Source: an uncultured Candidatus Binatia bacterium
Lineage (GTDB): Bacteria > Desulfobacterota > Binatia > UBA9968 > JAJDTQ01
Assembly (NCBI GenBank): GCA_964291295.2
Contig: OZ219754.1
Coordinates: forward strand, 3,072,001-3,136,000
Length of the DNA: 64,000 bases
Direction of reading: 5' to 3'
Within the stretch, counting starts at the first letter, position 1. Each line of letters starts with the position of its first letter. This document shows, piece after piece, positions 50,915 through 61,065 of the stretch. The notes beneath the pieces are model-generated. The model did not search any database. It was not told the DNA's origin and saw only the letters and a program-made list of their open reading frames with translations. The position numbers and the translations under genes were made by a program.

Positions 50915-52404
50915 GACACCGCCTTCGCTTTCCGGCTCGACAGCCACGGCAGGCAGAGCATGAGAATGCTCAGCAACATCAGCGCGATGGTCACGGGCCG
51001 CGTGAGGAAGATGGCGTAGCTGCCGGCGGAGATCTGCAGCGATTGCACGAAGGACAGCTCGGCGCGGACCCCCAGCAGAAAGCCGATGACCAGCGTCACC
51101 AGCGAGAAACCGAAACGGTTGAACGCGAAGCCGAGAACGCCCGCGGCGATGGCGATGCCGATGTCCCAGACGTTCTCCCGGGCGGCATACGCGCCGCCGA
51201 TGGAGAGCAGGAACGCCGCCGGAACCACATAGCCCACCCGCAGCGTGGTGACCCGGGCCAGAATGTCGGCGCCGAATGCGGCCATGAGACTCGCCAGAAA
51301 GTTGGATATCACGAAGCCGAAGATCAGCACGAACACGATGTCCATGTGCTCGCGCACGAAGAAGAAACCGGGCTGAAGCCCGTGGAGGATGAAGGCGCCC
51401 AGGAGCACGGCCATGCCGGCGCTGCCCGGGATGCCGAAGATGATGGTGGGCAGCAGCGCGCCGCCGTCCTTGGCGTCATTGGAAGCCTCGGAAGCGATGA
51501 TGCCCTCCGCGGTGCCGGTGCCGAACTTCTCCGGATTCTTCGAGAACTGCACGGTCATGGAATAGGAAAGAAAGTTCGCCAATACCCCGCCGATACCGGG
51601 GATGATGCCCGCCAGGATCCCTATCGCCGAGCTTCGCACCAGCGTCAACTTGTACTGGAACACCTCCAGGAATCCCCTGAAGGCGCCGAACAGGCCCACC
51701 TTGAGCCGTGCGCCGCCCTCGGCGATGGTCTCGCCCCGCAGCACGTGGTTGACCAGTTCGGCGATGGCGAAAAGGCCGATGAAGAAGGGCACCAGCGGGA
51801 TCCCGTCCCACAGGTAGTTGTCGCTGCCGAAATTGAACCGCAGCACCCCGTGCACCGGGCTGAAGCCGATGAGTGAGAGCAACACGCCGATGCCGGCGGA
51901 GACCAGCCCCTTCAGCATGTTGCCGCGGGCCGCGTAGGCCACCGTCAGCAGGCCGAAGACCACCAGCATGAAGAACTCGGGAGGTCCGAAGGAGAGCACG
52001 ATGATCTTCACGAACGGGATCAGGATCATCAGGAAGCACATGCCCACCACGGCGCCCAGAAAGGACGAGGCCGCGGCCAGACCCACCGCCCGGCCCGCCT
52101 CGCCGCGCCGGGCCATGGGATGGCCGTCAAAGCAGGTGGCCGCATTGGGCGCCTCGCCCGGGATGTTGAGCAGGATCGCCGGAACCGACCCCCCTTCGGT
52201 GGCCGCCCCCATCATCCCGGCCATGAGGAACATGGCCGTTACCGGGTCCCACCCGAAGGTGAAGGTCATGCCGATGGTCAGGCCGGCCAGGAACAGTCCG
52301 GGGAGTGCTCCCAGGATCAGGCCGGTGACGGCGCCGACGGCGAGCACGAGCAGATTCGCCGGCTGGCTGAGCTGGCCCATCGCCTGCACGAGAGGTTCCC
52401 ACAT
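50911..52404 (-). CDS. tctA: Tripartite tricarboxylate transporter permease TctA
   Basis: GALPG, AILLNIPG, FDGHPM, EASNDAKDGGALLPT..GIPG, GLQPG. Confidence 0.93.
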   Translation of the reverse strand: MWEPLVQAMGQLSQPANLLVLAVGAVTGLILGALPGLFLAGLTIGMTFTFGWDPVTAMFLMAGMMGAATEGGSVPAILLNIPGEAPNAATCFDGHPMARRGEAGRAVGLAAASSFLGAVVGMCFLMILIPFVKIIVLSFGPPEFFMLVVFGLLTVAYAARGNMLKGLVSAGIGVLLSLIGFSPVHGVLRFNFGSDNYLWDGIPLVPFFIGLFAIAELVNHVLRGETIAEGGARLKVGLFGAFRGFLEVFQYKLTLVRSSAIGILAGIIPGIGGVLANFLSYSMTVQFSKNPEKFGTGTAEGIIASEASNDAKDGGALLPTIIFGIPGSAGMAVLLGAFILHGLQPGFFFVREHMDIVFVLIFGFVISNFLASLMAAFGADILARVTTLRVGYVVPAAFLLSIGGAYAARENVWDIGIAIAAGVLGFAFNRFGFSLVTLVIGFLLGVRAELSFVQSLQISAGSYAIFLTRPVTIALMLLSILMLCLPWLSSRKAKAVS

Positions 52405-52527
52405 ATCGGTTTCGTTCCCTGGATGCGGCCCTTGCGGTTCCCGGTGTCCCGCCGGTTGTCCGCGTGATGGTGACAAGCGCTCGCGACGGGGCCTGACTCC
52501 GGCCGCGGGCGCTGTCGGGGCCGGCGC

Positions 52528-53511
52528 CTACCTGGCCCTGGCGGCCTCCTTCATTTCCTCGAGGTTGGTCTCGAACAGGTTCTGATAGTACTTCAGATCC
52601 TGGGCCACGGCCGTCCCGGGACCCTCCGTGAGGACGATGGACGAGGCCTTCTTCCAGTCGAGGTAGAGCTTGTCCCTCATGGCCTTGAGCAGCAGATCTT
52701 CAAGGATCTTCGCCCGCTCCTCGGGGACGCCCGGCGGGGCGCCGAAGGCGCGCAGGTCGCTGAAGTAGAAGTCGTGGCCCATTTCGTAGGAGGTCGGCAC
52801 GTCGGGGGCGTTGATGGCCCGCTTCCTGTCCAGTTGCACCACCGGGCGCAGGTCCGTCCCCAGGTAGGAGGTCACCGACGGATGGTCGATGGGCTGCGCC
52901 CAGACATCGAAGTCACCGCGCAGCAGCGCCGGCAGCGACTCGCCCGTGCCCCGGTAACCGGCCACCACGTGAAAGTCGATGCCGAAGGCCTTGGCGGCCA
53001 GGAACGAGCCCAGCCACCGGCCCACGCCCACACCCTCGACTCCCCAGGTGACCCGCTTGGCCTTTTGCAGGTCCGCGATGGACTTGTGGGGGCCCTTGGC
53101 CGATACATGAAGCCCGAAGGGGTCCGCGCCCACCCGGGCAAGCCAGGTGTATTTGCCGGTCTCGAAGCCGAGGGGCCTGTCCGACAGCATCTGCTGCCCG
53201 AGCATCCCCGACGACTGGAAGTGGGCGATGGTGTAGCCGTCAGGCTTGGCGCGGTACACGAACACGGCGGCGCGAAGGCCGGCGGCGCCGGTGACGTTCT
53301 TGACGATGACGTTCACGCCCTCGGGCAGGAATTTCTTCATGCTCCGGGCCACGGCGCGGGCGATGGCGTCGTAGCCGCCGCCGGGAGAGAAGGGCACGAT
53401 CAGGTTGATGTTGCGGTCGGGAAAGGCCGCCCGGGCCTGGGACAGGGGCAGACTTGCGGCCAGGCCGAGGACGGCGGCGCCCACCAGAATTCGGGTCATC
53501 AGATTGCGCAT
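52528..53511 (-). CDS. tctC: Tripartite tricarboxylate transporter substrate-binding protein (TctC/Bug)
   Basis: Signal peptide, FPDRNINLIVPFSPGGGYD, KPDGYT, YRGTG, PDVPT. Confidence 0.92.
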   Translation of the reverse strand: MRNLMTRILVGAAVLGLAASLPLSQARAAFPDRNINLIVPFSPGGGYDAIARAVARSMKKFLPEGVNVIVKNVTGAAGLRAAVFVYRAKPDGYTIAHFQSSGMLGQQMLSDRPLGFETGKYTWLARVGADPFGLHVSAKGPHKSIADLQKAKRVTWGVEGVGVGRWLGSFLAAKAFGIDFHVVAGYRGTGESLPALLRGDFDVWAQPIDHPSVTSYLGTDLRPVVQLDRKRAINAPDVPTSYEMGHDFYFSDLRAFGAPPGVPEERAKILEDLLLKAMRDKLYLDWKKASSIVLTEGPGTAVAQDLKYYQNLFETNLEEMKEAARAR

Positions 53512-53762
53512 CGTGTTCCTCCCGTCAAGTGGACTGAAACGCGGACTGAAACGCGTTCCAGGTTCGTGCTGCAATGGGACTAAAGGTTTGCCGATGGCTG
53601 CCGACATGCAAAACAGGCAATAAGCCTGACCTTTTATGGGCTGTGCCCCGGACTTGTCAAGGGCACCGCCCCAAATTGTCCGTCGCCGGCCGTTCGTCGC
53701 CGGCCGCCGGGAACCGCGGGGACCGGGCGCGGCGGCGGGGCCCGGAGCCGGCAAGGTCCGGA

Positions 53763-53791
53763 TTGACTCGGGACGGCGCAAACGATAAGTT
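53763..53791 (+). promoter_or_regulatory. sigma70-type promoter for ssb
   Basis: TTGACT-17 nt-TAAGTT. Confidence 0.5.
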
Positions 53792-53873
53792 CCGGCGATA
53801 TGATCCACGCAGATTTGTCTTGCGCAAACCTGCTCCACGCAAACCTGCTCGCCACCATCCGGATGAGGTCGTC

Positions 53874-54305
53874 ATGTCGGTAAACATCGCAATTGTCGTC
53901 GGGAACCTTGGCAAGGATCCGGAAGTCCGTTTCACGCAGAGCGGTCGTGCGGTCGCCAATTTCTCCCTCGCCACATCCGATTCCTGGACCGGACAGGACG
54001 GCAACCGCCAGGAGCGCACCGAGTGGCACAACATCGTCGTGTGGGGCAAACAGGCCGAGGCGTGCGGCCAGTACCTGGCCAAGGGACGGCAGGTGTTCGT
54101 CCAGGGCAGGATCCAGACCCGCTCCTACGACGACAAGGAGGGCAACAAGCGGTACATCACCGAGATCGTTGCCCAGCGGGTGCAGTTCCTGGGCGGTGCC
54201 GGCGGTGCCCGGGCTTCGCAGGAAGCCCAGGACCAGGGCTTCGGCGATCCTTCCCCCTCACCCTCGATCCCGTCGCCGCCCATCGACGACGACATTCCGT
54301 TCTAG
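53874..54305 (+). CDS. ssb: Single-stranded DNA-binding protein
   Basis: [14 protein letters not shown]-terminal DDDIPF. Confidence 0.97.
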   Translation: MSVNIAIVVGNLGKDPEVRFTQSGRAVANFSLATSDSWTGQDGNRQERTEWHNIVVWGKQAEACGQYLAKGRQVFVQGRIQTRSYDDKEGNKRYITEIVAQRVQFLGGAGGARASQEAQDQGFGDPSPSPSIPSPPIDDDIPF

Positions 54306-54691
54306 CGATCCCGCTCCAGGGAGCCGTTCCAGCGATCCGGGCTCCATCCGGAGACCGCGGACTTCCAACCACCCGAACCGTCCGTCCTTTCAAGCACCGG
54401 ACCGGAAGTCGGCCGTTACGCCCCCGGTCCGCCGCGCAAGGCTCCTGATCCACCCTCCCGTGCGTGCGTTCTTGCACGCGCTGCCTGGTTCCGTCCCGCG
54501 AGTGTTCCACCGCATCCGTGAAACCATTCGTTCAGAAACGTCAACCTGTGGCAGCCTTGACCGTACAGCCTGTTTCACAACGCTGCACCGGAAAGTGCCA
54601 ATGCACTGACAGAGCAATTCGGTGAGCATGTTTTTACGCACGGAACAAGAATGCTCATTTGCAGATTTTTTGCCTTATTTGAAAAGCTGCA

Positions 54692-55525
54692 ATGCGCAAC
54701 AAGAGGACGCCGCTGCCTTCGAGCCGCGCCAAAAGCCAGATAAGGGACTTCATCGACGACGAGAAATCCCTCGGGAGAGCGACCAAGAGCCAGATCGCGG
54801 CGGCCATCGGCATTCGCCCCAGCCATTTCTCGAACCTGTTGAACGGGCGCAACGAGTGGAAACTCGACCAACTGGAGAAGCTGGCGGACTTCCTCGACGT
54901 ACCCATCGCGCGATTGTTCGAGGATCGCACCGGATCCGATTCTTCGGAGTCGGGCACGGAAGACAGGATGGTCCGGGCGTTGAGGACCGAGAACCGGCAC
55001 CTGCGCAGCGGACTGCGCGCGGACCTGAGCGCCCTGCTGCGCCAACACCTCACCGACCGGCGAAGACAGGGGACCGGGGACTACCCGGGAAACGCCGCAC
55101 CAACCTACCCGGATACGGACATTGATGTATCCCGCGCCCTTCCCATCGGCATACGTGACCTGGACGCCCTCTACGACAGGCCCTCCACCGGACCGGCCTC
55201 GGAATCTCTCTGGTTCGGAAGAGACTGGTTGCATCGCCACGGGCTGGACCCCGCCCAGTGCCTGATCGTCAGGGTGCAGGATGAATCCATGGGGAACACA
55301 TTGCCCGACGGCTGTACCGTACTGGTGAACCGGGGCCAGCGAGAGCCGCGCGAAGGCCGCATCTACGCTTTGCACACCGATGAGGGTCTGGTGATCCGAC
55401 GCGCGGGCAGAGACGATGCCGGGGCGTGGCTGCTGGAAAGCGACCACCCCGAGTCGAGAGCGGTGGCGTGGCCCGACAGCGCCGAGGTCATCGGCCACGT
55501 GTGCTGGATGGCGCGGTCCCTGTGA
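54692..55525 (+). CDS. XRE-HTH + S24 peptidase-domain repressor (CI/LexA-like)
   Basis: KSQIAAAIGIRPSHFSNLLNG HTH; VQDESM..PDG..VLVN..IYA..VIGHVCW S24 domain. Confidence 0.85.
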   Translation: MRNKRTPLPSSRAKSQIRDFIDDEKSLGRATKSQIAAAIGIRPSHFSNLLNGRNEWKLDQLEKLADFLDVPIARLFEDRTGSDSSESGTEDRMVRALRTENRHLRSGLRADLSALLRQHLTDRRRQGTGDYPGNAAPTYPDTDIDVSRALPIGIRDLDALYDRPSTGPASESLWFGRDWLHRHGLDPAQCLIVRVQDESMGNTLPDGCTVLVNRGQREPREGRIYALHTDEGLVIRRAGRDDAGAWLLESDHPESRAVAWPDSAEVIGHVCWMARSL

Positions 55526-55712
55526 ACCGCCGCGAAGCCGGACGCACGCCCACCCGCATCCGCACGCCTGAACGCATCGCCCCGCCGCCGGTCCGGAAGG
55601 ACGCGACCTTGACCCGTGACCCTTCCGGTTGTAAGAGCCCCTCAGCAGGTGCAACGACCCGGCCGGCAGGGTGCGGGCGGCCTGCATTCCGGGCCGAAAG
55701 GAGGGCAAAGAC

Positions 55713-56624
55713 ATGGCTGAACGGGTCAGGATAAACGTGGAAAGCGCCGAGGCGGTACTCGGACTTCACTGGTTCGTGGCGCAGGAGGAAGGTCTTTTCG
55801 ACGAGGAAGGCATGGAGATCGATATCTTCCTGCCAGGTGTCCGCGAAACCAGGTTTGCAGACGACGACCCGCGCCGGACCGACCACACGCTGGTGAAGTC
55901 CACCAACTACCAGTTCCTCTTCGAGCAGAAGAAGGTGGACATCTATCGGGCCTGCTCATGGGGACAGGTGCGGCGGGCCTACGACAGCGAGCGCCGCAGC
56001 CCCATCTGGACCAAGCGTCCCGCGGTGGTCTGCCAAGGTATCTACGTCCTGCCGGATTCCCCGGTGAACGCGCCCATGCAGCTCGCCAACAAGAGCGTCG
56101 GCGTCCAGTATCACCAAGGTTCCCACTACCATACGCTGTCCCTGCTCGAAGGCTTCCTCTCCCGGGACGAGATGAACGTGGTGCACGCCGGCACGGTGCG
56201 CGAACGGTTCGTGGCGCTGGAGAACGGCAGCGTGGACGCCGCCACCCTGATGGAGCCGTGGATCTCGCTGGCCGAGAAGCGCGGCTACAAGAAGATCGTC
56301 GAGGGTCATTACCTGGGGGTGGAGAACGGACCCACGGACATGGACCCCGAGTTGCTCAAGGGCATGCTGCGGGCCATCAGGAAGTCGGTCACCTACATCA
56401 ACAGGAACCCCAGGAAGTACATCAGGCACATGCTGGAGGAGATCCCCGAGCACTACGCCAACGAGCTCACGCCGGACGACTTCCACCTGCCGCGGCTGCG
56501 CTACGTGAATCCGGAGCCCTACACCCGGGAAGAGTTCGACCGGCAGTACCGGTGGATGCGGACCTGGAACCTCATTCCCGAAGACGCGGAGTACACCGAA
56601 CTGGTGTGCAACGTCACGGAGTAG
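55713..56624 (+). CDS. NMT1/SsuA/TauA-like periplasmic-binding-fold protein without signal peptide
   Basis: VAQEEGLFDEEG, QLANKSVGV, GSVDAATLMEPW; AGGAGG RBS; no permease or ATPase adjacent. Confidence 0.8.
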   Translation: MAERVRINVESAEAVLGLHWFVAQEEGLFDEEGMEIDIFLPGVRETRFADDDPRRTDHTLVKSTNYQFLFEQKKVDIYRACSWGQVRRAYDSERRSPIWTKRPAVVCQGIYVLPDSPVNAPMQLANKSVGVQYHQGSHYHTLSLLEGFLSRDEMNVVHAGTVRERFVALENGSVDAATLMEPWISLAEKRGYKKIVEGHYLGVENGPTDMDPELLKGMLRAIRKSVTYINRNPRKYIRHMLEEIPEHYANELTPDDFHLPRLRYVNPEPYTREEFDRQYRWMRTWNLIPEDAEYTELVCNVTE

Positions 56625-56683
56625 GCGTACCCCACGTCACGGTGCGGACGCACCGGTACCGGCGGGACGAAAAGGCCCGTGCG

Positions 56684-59098
56684 TCACGGCTGACCGGGCC
56701 GTGACGCGCGGGCCTTTTCGATCTCTTCCCACACCCGCTCGGGCGTGAGCGGCAAGTGGTCGAAGGCGCAGCCCAGGGGCGCCAGCGCGTTCTCCACCGC
56801 ATTGCAGATGGCGGCCGGCGCGGGAATGGCGCCGCCCTCCCCCACCCCCTTCATCCCAAGAGGCGTGTAGGGCGACGGCGTCACAAGGTGGTCCATGCGC
56901 ACGTCGGGGATCTCCACCGCAGTGGGCTTGAGATAGTCCACGAAGGTGGTGGCCTTCAGATTTCCCTGCTCGTCGTAGTCGAACTCCTCGTACAGCGCCG
57001 CGCCGATGCCGTGGGCGGTGGCCCCCTGCACCAGCCCCTCCACGATGGACGGATTGAGCACGGTGCCGCAGTCGTGCACCACGCCGTAGTTGAGGATGGT
57101 GACGCCGCCGGTGTCCGCATCCACCTCGACGGTCACGGCGTGGGCCGCATTGCTGGCAAAGAGCTGGTTCCTTACCCGGCGGTTCTCGTCGGGGAGATTG
57201 GCGATGGCCGGCTTGTAGTAGAACCGGCCCTCCAGGCCCGGCTCCATGTCGGGCGGCAGCGACAGCAGGTCGCGGTAGGCGACGAAGGCCAGCTCGGCCA
57301 GCGTCTTGCGGTGCTCGTGGCGGTCCCGGGCGCGCACGCCGCCCTGGGCCAGCTCCAGGTTCTCCACCGGTTCCCGCAGCAGATGGGCCGCCAGCTCCAG
57401 CAGCTTGTGGCGCACCTTGCCGGCGGCGCCGAGGATGGCGCCCACGTCGGTGCCGGCGAACTTGTTCGAGTAGTTGCCGGTGGCGTAGAGCCACGGCGTC
57501 ACCGCGGAATCGAAGAACGGCGACACGCGGACGCCGTCCATGGGCACCCCCAGCTCGTCGGCGACGATCTGCGCCGCCGCGGTCTCGTGCCCCTGCCCGC
57601 TGCCCACGTCGCCCAGCAGCACCAGGATGCTGCCGTCGTGTTCCACCCGCACCATGGCGGCCTCGGCCGCCCCCGAGGCGCCCCGCCGACCCGACGACAG
57701 GATATAGGCCGACGCGTTGGAGGTGCTGGGCTCCAGGCCGATGGCAATGCCGATGCCCAGATACCGGCCCTGGGCGCGGGCCTCCCGCTGCTCCCGCAGG
57801 AACCCGTCGTAGTCGATGAGCGGCAGCAGCTTGTCGAGGGTGCCGTTGAAGTCGCCGCTGTCGATGAGCGCGCCGCTGGGACCGGTGTAGGGCATGGCGT
57901 CGGGCAGCACCAGATTCCTGCGCCGCAACTCGACGGGGTCCATGTCGAGTTGCCGGGCAAGGTGGTCCATCATGCGCTCCATGGCCAGGCACATGAACGG
58001 CTTGCCGATACCCCGGTTGGCGCCCGACGGACACTTGTGGGTCATCACCGAGTTGACCTCGTAGCGCACCACCGGAATGCGGTAGCAGTTGGTCAGGTTG
58101 CCGAGCTTCAGGATCGAATGGACCGTGGGATTGAGGACGTTGGCGCCTTCGTCGGCGATGTCCCGCACCTTCATGCCGAGGATGCGGCCTTCCGCGTCCA
58201 GCGCCGCCTCCAGGTCCATGACGCCGTTGCAGGCATGGATCAACGCCATGAGGTTCTCGCGGCGGTCCTCCAGGTAGTGCACCGGCCTGCCGCCGCTCAG
58301 CCGGGACAGCAGCGCCGCGATGATCAGGTAGTGGGCCTTGCGCTTGTTGCCGAAACCACCGCCCACGTCCGGCGTGACGAAGCGGATCTGCGCGTGGGAG
58401 AGGCCCAGGCTGTGGGCCACGATGGGCATGGCCTGACCCGGGCGCTGGTCGTTGGACCAGAGGGTGAGCTGCTCGCGGCGGTGGTCGTAGACGGCGGTGC
58501 AGCCGAAGGTCTCGAGTGCGGTGGACGAGTAACGCTGGATGTAGAACCGCTTCCCGACAACCCGCGCGGCGCGGCCGAAGGCCTCGTCCACATCGCCGTA
58601 GTCGAAGCGGTCCTGCCACATGACGTTGGTGCCCATGGACTCGAACAGCAGCGGGGCGTCCGGCTCCATGGCCGCCTCCGGATCCACCACCGCGGGCAAC
58701 GGCTCGTACGCCACGCGGATCTTCTCCAGTGCGTCCTCGGCCAGATAGCGGCTGGTGGCCAGGACCGCCGCCACCGGCTCGCCCACGTAGGTCACCTTGT
58801 CGCAGGCCAGACAATAGGCGTCGAGGTTCGCGGGTATGGGAATGAGGGAACGCAGCGGCGCGCTCATGCGGCGCGCGTCTTCGCCGGTGAGACCGCACAC
58901 CACGCCGGGCATCTTCAACGCCTCGCGGATGTCCACGTCAAGGATGCGGGCGTGGGCGTGGACGCTCCGGAGCAGCGCCACGTGCAGCGTGTCGGGAAAT
59001 TTCATGTCGTCGATGTAGGTGCCCCGGCCGGTGGAAAACCTCAGGTCCTCCCGGAGCGGCACCGCCCGGCCCTTCCACCGCGTGGATGAAACTTCCAT
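56684..59098 (-). CDS. Xanthine dehydrogenase family molybdopterin-binding large subunit
   Basis: REDLRF, RSVHAHA, GGGFGNK, ANRGIG, GQGHET, HDCG..NP, KGVGE. Confidence 0.93.
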   Translation of the reverse strand: MEVSSTRWKGRAVPLREDLRFSTGRGTYIDDMKFPDTLHVALLRSVHAHARILDVDIREALKMPGVVCGLTGEDARRMSAPLRSLIPIPANLDAYCLACDKVTYVGEPVAAVLATSRYLAEDALEKIRVAYEPLPAVVDPEAAMEPDAPLLFESMGTNVMWQDRFDYGDVDEAFGRAARVVGKRFYIQRYSSTALETFGCTAVYDHRREQLTLWSNDQRPGQAMPIVAHSLGLSHAQIRFVTPDVGGGFGNKRKAHYLIIAALLSRLSGGRPVHYLEDRRENLMALIHACNGVMDLEAALDAEGRILGMKVRDIADEGANVLNPTVHSILKLGNLTNCYRIPVVRYEVNSVMTHKCPSGANRGIGKPFMCLAMERMMDHLARQLDMDPVELRRRNLVLPDAMPYTGPSGALIDSGDFNGTLDKLLPLIDYDGFLREQREARAQGRYLGIGIAIGLEPSTSNASAYILSSGRRGASGAAEAAMVRVEHDGSILVLLGDVGSGQGHETAAAQIVADELGVPMDGVRVSPFFDSAVTPWLYATGNYSNKFAGTDVGAILGAAGKVRHKLLELAAHLLREPVENLELAQGGVRARDRHEHRKTLAELAFVAYRDLLSLPPDMEPGLEGRFYYKPAIANLPDENRRVRNQLFASNAAHAVTVEVDADTGGVTILNYGVVHDCGTVLNPSIVEGLVQGATAHGIGAALYEEFDYDEQGNLKATTFVDYLKPTAVEIPDVRMDHLVTPSPYTPLGMKGVGEGGAIPAPAAICNAVENALAPLGCAFDHLPLTPERVWEEIEKARASRPGQP

Positions 59099-59106
59099 GG
59101 GAACGG

Positions 59107-59607
59107 TCAGCCTTTCATCACGGACGCCGCCGCGCGCACCGCGCGGATGATGCCGGCGTAGCCGGTGCACATGCAGAGATTGCCGGACAGGGCCTCGCGG
59201 ACCTGGGTCTCGGTGGGGTGGGGGCAACGCCTCAACAGGTCCAGGGCCGCCAGCAGCATGCCGGGTGTGCAAAAACCGCACTGGAGCGCGTGGTGGTCCA
59301 CGAAAGCCTGCTGCAGCGGACTCGGCTCCCGCTCGCTGCCGAGGCCCTCCACCGTCAGGATCTCGTGGCCGTCGGCCTGCACCGCGAACAGGATGCACGA
59401 CCGGATCACCTGGCCATCCATCAACACCGAACAGGCGCCGCAGACACCGTGCTCGCAGCCCACGTGGACGCCGGTGCACCCCGCGTCCTCGCGCAGGAAG
59501 TCGGCAAGGGTCTTGCGCACCTCCACCGCGGCCTCGCAGCGGGTTCCGTTGACCGTCACCGCGACGGTTCTTCTGTCGGTCGGTCCGGTGGTCAATTCCG
59601 GCTCCAT
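59107..59607 (-). CDS. (2Fe-2S)-binding small subunit (CoxS/CutS-like)
   Basis: GCEHGVCGAC, QCGFCTPG, NLCMCTGY. Confidence 0.95.
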   Translation of the reverse strand: MEPELTTGPTDRRTVAVTVNGTRCEAAVEVRKTLADFLREDAGCTGVHVGCEHGVCGACSVLMDGQVIRSCILFAVQADGHEILTVEGLGSEREPSPLQQAFVDHHALQCGFCTPGMLLAALDLLRRCPHPTETQVREALSGNLCMCTGYAGIIRAVRAAASVMKG

Positions 59608-60470
59608 CGCTCCAGCGCCTTCGCCAGCGCGCGCTTCACGAGAACCGCGGCCAGGCGGCGCTGGTAGGCCGTGGCGTCCGCGTGGGCCGCCAGCGCCGCC
59701 TCGGCCGTCCGGCCCGTCTCCTCCACCAGGTCGCGCTGCGCCGCGCTGTCCGTCCGGCTCACCCCGGAGGCGGCCACGAGCCGCTCCACCGGCGCCAGCC
59801 GCGACGGCGTCCACGCCGGACCGGCCGCCACCACCCGCCCGGCCCTCAAGGTTCCGTCACCCTCCAGCACCACCGCGGCTTCCGCCAGCGCGAAGTCCCC
59901 GTGACGGCGGCTGAACTCGACGAAGCTCACCGCCGGAGGCGCCGGCGCCAGCGGCACCGCCGCCTCCACGAGGATCTCACCGGGCGACAGCGCGGTCTCG
60001 TAGGGGCCCAGAAAGAAGTCGCCGGCCGGCACCCGCCGTTGGCCCGACGGACCGGCCAGCACCAGTTCCGCCTCCAGCGCCGTCATGACACAGGGAAGCT
60101 CGGCCACGGGGTCGGCGTGGGCCAGACTGCCGCCCACGGTACCGCGGTTGCGGATGGCGGGATGACCCACCTGGGCCAGCGCCTCCACCACCAGCGGGCA
60201 CCGCTCCGACAGCAGCGTCGAGAACTCCGCCTCCCGCTGCCGGGTCATGGCGCCGATGCAGAGCCGGTCCCCTTCTTCGCGTATGTGGGAAAGCCCCTCC
60301 ACCTGGTTCAGATCCACCAGGACGTCGGGCCAGGCCAGCCGCAGATTCAGCAGCGGCACCAGGCTCTGGCCCCCGGCCAGAACCCGCGCCTCTTCCGGCG
60401 AGTCCCGCAGCAGGTCCAGCGCTTCGGACAGGGACCGGGGCGTATGGTAACGGAAGGGCGGTGGTTTCAT
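59592..60470 (-). CDS. FAD-binding medium subunit (CoxM/CutM-like)
   Basis: MKPPPFRY, AGGQSL, IRNRGTVGGS..ADP, RRHGDFA. Confidence 0.94.
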   Translation of the reverse strand: MKPPPFRYHTPRSLSEALDLLRDSPEEARVLAGGQSLVPLLNLRLAWPDVLVDLNQVEGLSHIREEGDRLCIGAMTRQREAEFSTLLSERCPLVVEALAQVGHPAIRNRGTVGGSLAHADPVAELPCVMTALEAELVLAGPSGQRRVPAGDFFLGPYETALSPGEILVEAAVPLAPAPPAVSFVEFSRRHGDFALAEAAVVLEGDGTLRAGRVVAAGPAWTPSRLAPVERLVAASGVSRTDSAAQRDLVEETGRTAEAALAAHADATAYQRRLAAVLVKRALAKALERWSRN

Positions 60471-61065
60471 GACAGGATGCCGGTACGACGGAGCCGGAGA
60501 CCGGGAGGAGACCGCCTCGTGCCAACTTCTCCCCTGCGGGAATGCGGCACAAGATCCTCCCCAGCCACGCGAAAGGCACCGCGAAGGTACAGCACGCAGG
60601 CCGGGAGGCTTTTCGCCCACCGGCACCTCCCTGAACCGGCGGAACAGCAATGGGCTGATTGCACAGGTGTAGCGTTTCGCGGCAACACCCGTCAAACGGT
60701 GCCGTATCGATCCAGTATCGATCCAGTATCCCGGCGCCGTTCGGCGCCGCCGGGCCGACCCGGGCCGCCGGCGGACATGCCGCAATGCAGGAAGGCCGGC
60801 ACGTCCCTGCAAAACCCGGTGGAATACACCTTGACCGCACCCCGCCGGGGTCGCAACCCTGTCGTGGTTCGTCTGCGGACCCCCGGTGGAGGATACCTTG
60901 AGCCCACCCTGACCTCCGGTCCGATTCTCCGGGGCCACCTCTCCCATCGGCGACCGTACCACGTGGGACAACGACCTGGGACAATGCAACAGGCACCCGG
61001 CCGACCCTCCCATGCCCACCGCCTCGTTTGCCTGACCTTCCGCTTTCGGCTACAGAGAAGGCTGC

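Noticed and set aside
50229-53511. Genomic island integrated at selC or another tRNA
   Set aside because: No integrase, and I found no duplicated tRNA 3' end within the window.
53874-55525. Prophage (ssb + CI-like repressor)
   Set aside because: No integrase, cro-like, replication or structural genes; ssb looks like the host copy with a DDDIPF tail.
56684-59098. Aerobic CO dehydrogenase (coxL)
   Set aside because: Lacks AYxCSFR/AYxGAGR and accessory coxDEFG genes.
60471-61065. 6S RNA or other ncRNA in the ~600-bp intergenic region
   Set aside because: Only a short CCTTGAGCC resemblance; I could not build the long interrupted duplex. An Rfam search would settle it.
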